A stretch of 63,525 nt of DNA, counting the filler, from Ministeria vibrans ATCC 50519 (Eukaryota > Protista > Filasterea), in the NCBI GenBank assembly GCA_943704425.1. It is 7 parts of 7 records of this genome, joined end to end, with 100 filler letters (N's around TTAATTAATTAA, not from the genome) between each part and the next. Parts side by side here need not be neighbours in the genome. Positions count along the whole stretch, not along the records: positions 1 to 9,817 come from CALSCP010000370.1; positions 9,918 to 28,173 come from CALSCP010001597.1; 5 more parts are not named here. One strand, written 5' to 3'. The notes under the pieces were generated by a model. The model saw only the letters and a program-made list of their open reading frames with translations. It made no database searches and was not told where the DNA came from. Positions 1-19,615 of the stretch are shown here, piece by piece. The translations under genes and the position numbers were made by a program. Positions within the stretch are counted from its first letter, which is position 1. Every line of letters starts with the position of its first letter.

Positions 1-1371
1 AAGACATAGAAGTGACACTCTACGGAATGGAGTAAGTGAGATGTGTGACGTATTCAGAGTGCCACTCACTGAAGTATCAAACGCCAGTGATTGATTAAAG
101 GATAATGCCCCATAGAACATGTAAGACATATCAGTGACACTCTACAATTCAAATACCGAATCGATGAAGATGTTATCCATTCAACAAAATGCTTAATTTA
201 CACAGCGCATGCCTACCTTTGTGTCCCATTCTGAAAGGTTCCCGCGATGATCGATCCCACTACCCGCAAACATGCGTCTCAAAACAGTCGTGCCCTTCAG
301 ATCCAGTGTATCTGTTGCGGTAATCTTCAGATTCGCACAGCCCTCAAAGTAACCTCCTTCACCGTGGTTCCCAACTCGCGCACTGCCCCACTGCTCAATC
401 GCATGAATCTTTAATTTATCCCCTTTTTGTTCATCTGCAAATCGCAATCCAACAAACGTTCCACGAATCTAAACTACAAAGTGAACCCAAAAAACAACCA
501 CCCACGATATATCGTCCGCTTCCACTTACCGTCACCGTGTATCGTCCCGCACGAGCGTACTTGTGCAAGCGCTCCTCTGAGTGGTAACGGGTGAGTCTGG
601 TGGTAGGAGACCCATCGCCCCAATCAATCACGCAATTGTACGTCCCTGTCGCCACCAGTGGCAGTTTAATGGTCTCGCCATCCTTCGCAGTCTTCCACAC
701 GGACACAAATTTGTCTTCCAACTGACAACGATTTCCAAAATACCCGCTCGGACAGAAACATTCAAAGGTAGCTGCAATACAACAAAACGCGTTGATATCA
801 AGACGGCCATGTCACAATAAAATTGAGTCTTGTCGCTGTACGAGAAGTGTCGGTGCACGTCCCGCCATTTTGACAGGGTGAAGAGCGGCACTCTTGGGTG
901 TAAATTCCATTTCCGCTGCCAGGACCGCTGCACGTCGACGACTGCTCAGTGTCACACGCTGCACTGGCACCCACCCGCTCTTCCAGAACAGCAATCTTCG
1001 TCAGCGCTTGCGCCAGAAGCGTTGACGCCTGTGATGGAAAATCATAAAAAAAAAAGTGGGGAATGAAATGAAGGAAAGTAATTGATTTTGGGTTGAGGAG
1101 TATTTCGAACCAAAGTCTTAAACGACAGAAGCTCACGAATGGCGTCGGCGGTCAGCTCAACGTCGCCAATCCGGATGCGGGTGGACGACAGGGCTGCTGT
1201 GGTGCGCGTGGCGGCCTCCGCAGGGTCCGTCGTGCTGCGTGCGACGAGCAGTATTTCATCGGCTCGCACGACGAACCGATCGCCGTCATTCGCCGTCGCT
1301 CCCGTGGGCGGAGCCGTTTCTCCAGAGACGAGTGCGATCGCGGCGCAGAGAACAATAACAATTCGTCGCAT
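1..1371 (-). CDS. Secreted EGF + PKD-like + DUF285/BspA-type repeat protein (multi-exon, runs off window start)
   Basis: Signal peptide MRRIVIVLCAAIALVSG. Spliced 6-Cys EGF domain [32 protein letters not shown]. Then FVSVWKT..IDWGDGS..HKYARAGRYTVT and IEQWG..FEGCANL..MFAGS..LSEWDT, followed by repeat exon SVTDMSYMFYGALSFNQSLAFDTS (141-70). Confidence 0.8.
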
Positions 1372-1435
1372 GAAAGAGAGAGAAAAAATGTGAAGAAACT
1401 AAAAAGTGATAAGTGATAACAAAAATTTATTATTT

Positions 1436-1933
1436 TTACAATGCGATCAAATTTTGAGGATGAGTTGGTTTGACATCGACAGTGTCGGACACAACGGAGA
1501 CGCGTGGAAGAGGAGAAGACGCGGTGCGACGAGCGCGCTTCGCAGAGAGGCTCTGATCGAGCTGATCGAGAGAATCGCGAGCGCGCTTAGCTGACTCAGT
1601 GTTCTCAGTGCGACTCTTTGCGACTGCGACCCGATCGAGCGACTCGGAGAGAAAGGCGGGCGGGTGGGCTGAGAACACCTCGGAGAGGACCAGGTGGTTG
1701 CGATGGTAGCGTGCGGCTGCGACGTGCTTCGTCGTGAAGAGGGTCGAGGCGGAGGGGACGCGCTGAGCCGCATCCGCACTCGGGGGCTGCTCCGCTGAAG
1801 TGGCCGTGCTCGTCGCTGCGGCCGTCTTAGCCGATGGTGGTGTCGTCGTCTGGGTAGGTGTTGCTGTCACGTTGGCCTCAAGTTGCGCCTGTAGTAAGCG
1901 CTGCGCAAGGAAGAGCGAAAGAAACAAAGTGAT

Positions 1934-1970
<37 letters not shown>

Positions 1971-2376
1971 GACGAGTGAGTGTGCGCTCAGTCAGGCCAG
2001 AAGCACTCTCCTTGCCCTACCGCTTTCTGTTGCTGTTGATCAAGAAGCGAGGCTTCAACTGCGTCAGCCTCCTGCGTCGCCTAAGGCAGAGTGAGTGAGA
2101 CGCACAGCTTGAGACTGTGCAGTGTGTTACCTTTTGCCATAACTGCAATGCGCTGGAGTAGTCCTGCATTTCCCTCTGCCACCGAGCATGCTGCGTCTGT
2201 GGATGCGTAGAGGGTGGTCCGTATGCGGCGCATCAGGGGAGACGAGGAGCGCAGTGAATGGGCGTTACCTGAAAGTCATCTGTTGACTCATCAACGGAGT
2301 CGGCCTTTGGCTCGACGGGGGCCACGGGACGCGGCGGTACGTGTACAGAGCGAGATGGGGTGTCTTGCAAAGACAT
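1436..2376 (-). CDS. SMARCE1/BAF57-like SWI/SNF subunit with NHRLI domain (about 4 exons)
   Basis: FTTKHVAAARYHRNHLVLSEVFS resembles the SMARCE1 NHRLI motif ([23 protein letters not shown], recalled) and is followed by a short coiled coil. GT-AG introns join MSLQDTP.., TQHARWQREMQDYSSALQLWQK and ATQEADAVEASLL.. in frame. Confidence 0.6.
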
Positions 2377-2650
2377 ACTCAGAAAAACGAAAGAAAGTAT
2401 TGATTTCGGTGAATTGACTGAATTCATTAGAGAATCAAGAGATCAAATTTTTGCTGCACAATTTAATCCATGCACAAGTGAGATGCCTCATCCGCACTGC
2501 ATACGTAATACGTACACACAAAATGATTCACATTTCACGATAATGGCTCACCGTGTATTTTCATCCAAAATATAATCATTATTATACGGACTGTTACATG
2601 TAACGCTCTCTCTCTCTTTCGCTCTCTCTTTCGCTCGCTCGCTCTCCGTC

Positions 2651-3408
2651 TCAGGTCAAGTAATGAATGGTCGCCCACATGATAAACAGCGACAGCACCA
2701 CTCCACCGGTGAATATGAGCTTATCCTGAGCACTCCGTCTCTCGATCATGCGCATCACTGTGTTTGACAGACCCAACGTATTCGCAATGTCCAAAATGCG
2801 TCTCTGAGCGCCCTTAAGCGTCCTTCGTTGGTCCTGCAGCCCCTCCAGCACCCCTGCGCCGTTCTCCAGGATCGTATCAATGGCCGACCGCGAGTGCACC
2901 AGTCGATCGTGCTCCGTAAGCGCATGATCAACCATCACAGTCGTCTCTTCACTCTACACAATGCACAAAGAGAAAATTGTCAATTGTCGCATTCCCTCAC
3001 CACCCTCACCCTCTCTCTCTCTCGGCGTACATTTGGTCTGTATCTCGTGTGCAGGAGCGCCTCGCGTTTCTGCGTTTCGCGCGTCTGCAAACAAAACAAA
3101 CAAGATCAGTCTGGAGCACTGCCACGCATTTGCCTTTGTCTCGCGCCCACCGCTGCTTCTGCCCGCTGCTTCTCCTTGACCATCGCCTGATGAAGCAGCT
3201 GGTATTCATCCCGGACACGGGCGACAGACGAGCTCATTTCCTGACGTGTCTGCAGTGGTTCTTTTGCCAGTTTGAACTCCAAATTTCGCACGTCAGGCTG
3301 CACCGCCCCCAGCCTTTGGTCGACCTCGGCAAGGTCCCCACCATTGGTGAGCAACACTTTGATCCCCTCAAGCTGGTTGTGGGCGTTTTCGACGGCGCGT
3401 CGTAACAT
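2651..3408 (-). CDS. GOSR2: Golgi Qb-SNARE membrin/Bos1 (3 exons)
   Basis: C-terminus QRRTLKGAQRRILDIANTLGLSNTVMRMIERRSAQDKLIF plus a tail-anchor TM helix. Middle exon reads KREALLHTRYRPN. Confidence 0.9.
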
Positions 3409-3545
3409 GAATAAATACTGATCGTATTCAATAGGATTGAATCTATCGGTTTAACATGGCCCACTCTCGCAACGAACAAACCAAATCAAACTATAATAAT
3501 ACAATCATGATTCATTGATATACATAGAGACTCACACACACAGCG

Positions 3546-3933
3546 TCACGCAACGGGAAGCGCACGCAGGCGGTTCCCTACAGCATGATTGACCACGGCC
3601 GTCCACACACGCAACTCCAGCTCGTCCTTGGTCCGCATACAAAAGGTTCGCTCGCCCGTCTTTACATAAAACGTCTTCCACTCACTGCCACTGCTACTCC
3701 CACCACCACTGCTGCTGTTACTACTATTAATTCCACCTGACGCAGCTTCAAAAAAACTGCCCCAGATGTGCTCGAGCAGCAGCACTCCCTTTGCGGACCG
3801 TCCACTGCGTGCCTTGTCCTCTCCCTCGTAGTACGCCAGCTGTGCCGTCCCGTCCAGCTGCAGCACAAACCACCGCCGTTTCCAGTTTTTCACAACTCCT
3901 GAGTACCAAACACACACCACAGCGAATGAGTGC

Positions 3934-3964
<31 letters not shown>

Positions 3965-5192
3965 TATAAATACAGAGAGAGCCACAAACATAATATAATA
4001 ATTAATACGAATATAATAATACTTATATATTGTACCTCCCAGTTTCTCAAGATAGCCGGTGCACCAACGCGCACTGAGCTGGACCGTACTGGGCAACGGT
4101 GGGCACGGGACACCCTTGACAATCGCTGCTTGAGTCAGGTCCCGCTTGCTCAGTGGCTCTGTCGTCTGCTCTTCCTTGTCGTCTTCATCGCCTTCCATCA
4201 TAAAGGACGCGCGTAGTGCCGACAGACCCGAAAAGTCGAGTTGTCCTCCAATCGAATTTTTCACTTGGGGCTCAGGAAGCGACGCAAGTGCACCCGAACT
4301 TGATTGTTTGGCAAGACGAGCACGTCGTCCGGGTGTGGGGAGTGTCAGACTCACTGACTTAACCCGTACTTTCTTGGAAGCTATACAAAGGAGTGCGAGA
4401 GTAAGCTACTGCCGTACCACAAAGGATCATCGCATCATGGAGACATACTATAAGGGAGAGGAGTCGCCTCTTGAGCGTATGTCCCAGCCTTGCTGGTGCG
4501 CTGCGCCGGCGAAAGATACGAGACGCGTTGGTGTGCACCTGCACCAGTAAACTCAAAGAAGCGCGTGCCGTCGGGACGGCGTAAGTCGCCCAAACGATCA
4601 ATGTTGCGCAGCTCAAACGGCTCTAGATCCGACGCATAACACGCATTCAGAAGTGGCTACACATTCATTCCCTCCGGCGTCAGCAACAACTGTACATCAC
4701 ACTGTGTGTTCTTTCGATAAACATCTGTACCCTCAGCCCCGTCTGGAACTCGTCTTCGCTCACGCAACCTGCGATCAGAGCAGAGACGAAAAAAACAAAA
4801 AACAAAAAATCCAATTTGTTTTGTTGCGTCCAGCTCTGGCGCTTACCTTCCGGAAACATCGGCTCGCCTGTAAAGGTCTTTAAGCGGACCAGAGCCGAGC
4901 GTACCGGGAAGTAGTCGCCCCTACAAGGCGCAGCGGGCGCGTCAGAGCCAACCAATACAACCACAACAACACACCCACCCACAACAACCCTCGCCCGCCC
5001 TGCACCCACCACAGCCACCACAGCCCCCTGCCCTCCACCCCCATTCACCACACACCTCATCTTGGCTTCAAATATGCACTCCAGCAACGGCACAACGTAG
5101 TGGATGAATTTTTCTCGCGTGAGCTTCTCGCACAGCAACCTCTCGCCGTCCTGGTACGACAGGGGCGCTGATTTGCTTCCCTTCAACCCCAT
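3546..5192 (-). CDS. PH-domain protein (multi-exon; N-terminal part unassigned)
   Basis: CTGYLEKLGG|VVKNWKRRWFVL...FYVKTGERTFCMRTKDELELRVWTAVV is a canonical PH domain. Upstream exons and the start are approximate. Confidence 0.7.
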
Positions 5193-6296
5193 TTTGAAAA
5201 ACACTGATCCAAAATTCCAAATTCCAAAAATTAAAAATTAATCAACAGCAGACCACAACACGACCGTGACACGACCACAACAACAGCTATAACAACCCAT
5301 CGCTGGCGGGCGGAGAGTCGGAGACTCATCGAATGACAGGAATCTGAGATTGGTGTGACTTACGACAGTCATCCGCGCTGATCGGCTGGGTGCATTGGGG
5401 GCGACTTTGATAATCACTGATTTCGAATCACTTTATCTCAATTAACAATTTTCGTCAGATTTTTCTTACCTGGCGCCTGGGACACTGTCACCTGAGCGAT
5501 CATCGACGTGATGGGAAAGGGCCAACAGAAACGCGTGGATGTGCAGGACGACGCGACCGTTGAATGGACCAATGGTGTTCCCGAGAAAATCTGGAAGTAC
5601 AGCCCCACGTTCACCGACAACTGGAATCCCAGTACCCTGTATATGATGCTGCATCGAACCTCCGTCGAATGGTCCTTCTGTAAGACCCCACACACAGAAT
5701 ATGTTAAATTGGTTTTGGCGTCCGATCCCCAAACGCTCCCAACACGCGCTTCTGTGACCCGCTGTGCGTTCCATATGGACCGATGCATTACAGGTGTTCT
5801 ATGGAGACGCCCGCACCGCCCTCAGCTCGATATCTTGTCTTTGGGATGACCTTTTTTTCAAGTTTTTTTTATATCAATATGAAAAATCCCAATCGTTCGC
5901 CAATTCCTGAGCGTCCCTTCACTCTCTGTGTCTAACGACCAGACCCAAATGTCTGCCACACGGCCCCGTCGAATATTCGCTTTCGTTTTCTTACACCAAT
6001 TGTACATTAATTTGTGAATTTCTCTCGTTTCATTATTTTGGTGTTTTATAGGGTTTCTTGAACCGTGGGAGCGTGTTGTAGTGGGCTCTGCACTCATTGG
6101 AACATATTCTCTTGTCGCATGGCTCCTTTGGATTTATCTCTTTTGAAGAAAAAAACACAGACACACAAAATGTATTGTATTATTATAGACATTCACACAC
6201 ATTTCACTTCATAAACACGGATATGTCTTCGAGCGAAAGTGAGATGCCACAACAAAACAGGTATCACTCAGGGGAGAAGAACAAAACAAAAGGGTA

Positions 6297-8740
<2,444 letters not shown>

Positions 8741-8800
8741 GAATATACAAAAGGGAGAAAATGAGAAAAAAAAGTTTTCGTCCTTCACTGATCAACGATC

Positions 8801-9083
8801 GACATCCGTCTCCGAAATTCGTCCCGAAGCACACCAACAAGTACAATAAATGCCAAATACAGACCAACCGCGGTAAAATCAGTCGCGGAAAGTGCGTGCG
8901 GCGCTCTGAAGACACACTACCCCGAAACTACCCCACATTTACCCTGAGAAAAAAAAAGACAAACGATATCCAATTTGACATCCGTGTCCCGTCCCAAAGC
9001 ACACCAACAAGTACAGTAGTACACAAACACCACACAGAGACCAACCGCGGTGGAATCAGTCGCGGATAGTGTGTGTGGCGCTC
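8801..9083 (+). repeat. Diverged ~95-bp direct repeat, two copies (~8801-8907 and ~8977-9083)
   Basis: Both copies contain GACATCCGT..GTCCCRAAGCACACCAACAAGTACA..GACCAACCGCGGT..AATCAGTCGCGGA.AGTG.GTG.GGCGCTC. Confidence 0.8.
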
Positions 9084-9648
9084 GAGAGACGCACTTTCCA
9101 CACTACCCTCTTTTTTTTTTTTGTTATCGGTTCTTTTCTGAACGAAATTTTTTTGCAATCTTTGTTTCGTCAAATGCCTTGCTCGTGGCAAGTCTACAAG
9201 CGGCTACTGTCTGGCAATACGGATATGTCTGGCAGGAGGCCAGGGAGGGGCGCATAGTGAAATCGTACTTTTTCTGTTCTGCCATTTCTGTTTCGTTTCG
9301 GTTCCGTCGGAAACACTCACAAAATCGCGTTTTCGTTTGTCCACACAAGTCACTTTTTCACAACAAGACGTCCGGAAACCCAGAGTCAAGAAGAGGGGAG
9401 AAAAAGAAAGAGCGGGAAAAAGAGTGACAAAATAGTGAAAAATCAAATAGAATAAACTACACAATGATCAAAGGAAAGAGTAAGATGAGAGTAACACAAC
9501 ACAACCAGTTTAGAATCGCTTCTAAGGGCTGAATTAAGGGCTTCAAATTTCGAAAGAGAGCGGAGACAGTGAAACACATTGGCGAGAAAACCTTAAAGTG
9601 CGTGTTAAACATTTCACTTCACTTCATAAACACGCAGGGTATGTATTA

Positions 9649-9702
9649 TTAAGTAGAAGTAGGCTTTTCATAAGTCCAATGAGCAATGCGAATACCGGAT
9701 TC
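9649..9702 (-). CDS. Terminal exon of a tandem paralogue of the 6297-8740 gene (rest lies beyond the contig end)
   Basis: ESGIRIAHWTYEKPTST* versus DSAIRIAHWTYEKPSSTQ*, with a shared splice acceptor and synonymous codon differences. Confidence 0.55.
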   Translation of the reverse strand, partial: ESGIRIAHWTYEKPTST

Positions 9703-9730
9703 CTAAAGGAAACGATTGTTGTTATTCGGC

Positions 9731-9817
<87 letters not shown>

Positions 9818-9917
9818 NNNNNNNNNNNNNNNNNNNNNNNNNNNNNNNNNNNNNNNNNNNNTTAATTAATTAANNNNNNNNNNNNNNNNNNNNNNNNNNN
9901 NNNNNNNNNNNNNNNNN
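9818..9917. other. Artificial contig linker (44N-TTAATTAATTAA-44N)
   Basis: Six-frame stop linker. Identical copies at 28174-28273, 40254-40353, 52646-52745, 58694-58793 and 62288-62387. Confidence 0.97.
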
Positions 9918-11823
9918 GACCTGGTGACGTCGTTCCCGTCTTGTGCGTGTGCCCAGGGTTTTACTGGCGAGCTGTGCGAGACCGAAATCAACGAGTGTGA
10001 CTCGTCGCCCTGCCAAAATGCCGGAACTTGCGTCAATGGTTTTGGCGAGTTCACATGCATGTGCCAGGCCACTTTCACCGGTCTCGTCTGCGAGCGTAGT
10101 GTCATTGCATGTCTTTCTTCACCATGCCAAAACGGCGGAACTTGTGTCGAGGCTGTCAGCGGGAACTACACATGCGACTGTTCTCTGGGCTTTGTCGGAG
10201 CGGACTGTGAATCGACTGGCTTCGTTTTCACACCTGCAGGGGGCACTTTTGTGTTCCAGGATATGACCATCGTGTTGCCCGCAGGTGCTGTACCTTTCGA
10301 CGTCACTGCATTTGTTGGCGTCGTTGCGTCAGCTCTCGAACGACCTCTGCCTGCAAACGCTGTCAAAGCTCAAACGTCGGTTTACTTCATCAACATTGTT
10401 GGTTTGACAGGAGGACTCTTGCAGGATCTCAACATCAACATTGCTCCCAATGCCGGTACCCCCCTCACCCCAGACATGCTCGTGTACACTGCTGCGCCCA
10501 TTGTCAACCCGGGACCGTGGACACTCGCCCCCAAGGCAGGCGTGCTTGGCCGACGACGCGCAACCACATGCATTTCGGGCGCGGTTGGTTGTGGTTGCAC
10601 TAGCTTGACAAACCAGCAATTGTCACTTCAGATCGTCGACGAGTGTTTCTCGTCACCTTGTCAAAACGGAGCAACCTGCATCAACGATGTAAACATGTTT
10701 GCGTGTACATGTGCGCAAGGTTTTACTGGCACACTGTGCGAGACCGACATTGACGAGTGCGCGTCGTCTCCCTGTCAGAACAGTGGCACCTGCACAAACC
10801 AGGTTGGATCCTTTGCCTGTTCCTGTACCCTTGGTTTCGTTGGGCCCACGTGTGCGGCGACAGATCAATGTCTCTCGTCTCCCTGTTCCAATGGTGCCAC
10901 CTGCTCGCACGACGCATCCTTTGCCGGCTGGGTGTGTACTTGTCCCGCGGCATTTGCCGGTCCCATGTGTGAAACACTCATTGACGCGTGTTTCTCGGAT
11001 CCATGCCAGAACGGAGGTTCGTGCACCTTTGGCACGGGCGGTGTCAGTACCTATGACTGTCTCTGTGGCTCCGGTTTCAGCGGCGTGGATTGTGAGAATG
11101 CACTCTTGTCCGCCAGCCACGACGACTATGCTATCATCATTGCGGTAGTCATCATTATTGGGTGTCTCTCCATCATCCTTGTGTACCTGTTTGTGGCACG
11201 TGTGCGCGGCAATGCCGTCGAGTACAACCCCGAGCGCATCGAGGCGAACATTGCTACGTTCGAGGCGCGCCCCTCGCAGATTATCGACATCCCACAGGGT
11301 GTTGCACTTGATCTTGACGATCCCAGCGCTCCTGTTGCTTCTGCGCTTCCCCCACGACCAGCAAGACCACCAGCCTGTAAGAATAATAATTGTTGTTGTT
11401 TGTTAAAAATTATTATTATTCTAATTCTTTTCTTTCTCCGTAGACATTCCCGCACCCCCGTATGACAGTGGCGGATTTGTTCCATCACCGGCTGCACCGT
11501 CGCTTCCCGGATATAACCCTCCCCCGTCTTATCCGAGTGGTACAGGAGCGCCACCTGCAGAGCAAACGCCTCAATATGTCCCGCCACCTCAATGTAAGAA
11601 TAATAATTATTATTATAAATCAGCTTTGTTTTTTTTTCATAATAATTAATAATTATTGTTTCTCTCCCTGTCATTTTTTTTTACAGACACTGATGTACAC
11701 GCGCAACAGCAAACGCCAGTGTACCGACCGCCTCCCTCTTATGGCCCGCCTCTGGACACGCCCCAGTCAGCAACACACATGTCTCAAATAGCGAGCTCGC
11801 TATCCAACAACTCACAGGTCTAA
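9918..11823 (+). CDS. Notch/Crumbs-like single-pass receptor: EGF repeats, ZU5-like insert, TM helix, PPxY-rich tail (5'-truncated)
   Basis: At least 6 EGF/cbEGF repeats (DIDECASSPCQNSGTC..), insert FTPAGGTFVFQDMTIVLPAGAVP, TM AIIIAVVIIIGCLSIILVYLFVA. Introns 11377-11443 and ~11594-11685 give a tail ending ..SNNSQV*. Confidence 0.85.
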
Positions 11824-12025
11824 GACGGATGGGAGGAGAATCGATAGAGAGATAGAGAGAGAAAAGTTATCTATTGTGCGAGAGAGAAAGTGTGTGAGAG
11901 AGACATTGAGTGAACGTATAAAAGACTGATTTATATTATTATGATTATTGTTTGAGTCCTTTTTTTAACTCTTTGGAATAGAGGAAATGGCAAAGTCAGA
12001 GATTAAGACAATAGTTCGGATCATT

Positions 12026-16488
<4,463 letters not shown>

Positions 16489-16677
16489 CAAAAGATAAAA
16501 TAAATAAAATTTAATGTGGACACGAATATCACACGATGAGTGACTGAGTGTGAGTAACTGAATGTGAATATGATTCTTAGTTCTAAATAACTAAAACAAT
16601 TCTTTTCGAATTTTGATTCTTTTCCGCTCAAAACAAGAGCCCAGTGTGCCCATCTGCGTGAACTCCTTGCCCTTGCC

Positions 16678-18508
<1,831 letters not shown>

Positions 18509-18606
18509 CTGCGAAGAAAACAAACACCCCGTTCCGTTTTGTTTCCCGCCCCTAAACTCGTCAATGTATTCTCCTCTTCTTCTTTTTTCTTCTACACTAT
18601 TTTCTC

Positions 18607-19470
18607 CTACTGTATTCTTCCCATCTTCCGACGCGACTGTACATTTGCCCCCACCGCTTCGTCCTCTTCATCCTCCTCGTCTTCTTCTTCAGCATCATCT
18701 TCTTCTTCTTCGCTGTCTCCTTCTCCATCTCGTTCGCGCTTCCGACCGCCCGCCTTTTGATCGTTTGTCGCCTGTGTTGAACCGGTAGCGTGCCGTTGCG
18801 TGAGCTCGCGAGCCTTTTGCGTGAATAGAGCGCGGTTCTCGGCAAACTCCTTTGAGATGTCGCTCATGAGTCCGTCGTCGGGGTTTGGCTCATTCATCAG
18901 TTGTTGAATTGAGCACAGCACAGTGGAGACATTGAGAGAGGGTTTCCACGAGCCTTTGGGAGGCATTTTCAGCAAGTCAAGACAGATGCGTCCGCCATCG
19001 TCAATGTTGGGGTGGTATATTGGAGTGACAAAGCGAACCTGCGGTGGCTGAAACGGATATCTACACCAATCGAAAGGCAAACGCTCGCCGTGTCAGCAAG
19101 CGAATACACCTAACGCGCTTGCATCACCGTGCCTTTCGGGTATCAGGACGTCCACCTTGAAGCGACCCCCTTCGTACGGCGTTTCTTCGACTCCTTTGAT
19201 TTCTGAAATCGTTGAAAATCCGAATGTGAGCTTAAACCCCTACAGCGCATCACCTACCCGCTTCAAGATGGTCCAATTTACTACCGTCAGCAGGCCAACA
19301 GCTTACTCCCGGCGGAGGTTCGCGTTCCAAGATCTATTGAACACATTTTCGGTCGAAACGTGAAAAGGACAAAATTGAGACGGAAACGAAAAATTCGATA
19401 CTGCAAACTTTTCGTCCTTTCATTCTACCTGCAACTCTCTTGTCATGCGAGCCGTTCGAGCTGACGACAT
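18607..19470 (-). CDS. UBE2T: Ubiquitin-conjugating enzyme E2 T
   Basis: [32 protein letters not shown] carries the UBE2T-type PPKG insert and is followed by an acidic tail. Four exons, one GC-AG intron. Confidence 0.88.
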
Positions 19471-19615
19471 AGTAAACAAGATAGCTGATAATAATTTGTT
19501 GTTAAATGTTAGATTGTTAGTTGTTAAATGTGAATAATTAAAATTATGAAGCGAAAACAATAATAAAAATATTATAATAATAATGTAATGATACGTTTAT
19601 GGATGAGTGTTTTTT

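Noticed and set aside
5438-6097. Short ORFs on both strands between the PH gene and the orphan gene
   Set aside because: No recognisable motif and no convincing splice chain, so I could not choose a strand or product.
9818-9917. Recurring TTAATTAATTAA palindrome within N runs (six copies)
   Set aside because: Exact 44N+12+44N format with stops in all six frames marks an artificial contig joiner. It is not biological, and gene neighbourhoods across it were not interpreted.
9924-11465. Calling the EGF receptor a true Notch or Delta orthologue, and the ORF-track C-terminus CKNNNCCCLLKIIII
   Set aside because: No LNR, ankyrin or DSL domain is visible, and that C-terminus is read-through into an intron.
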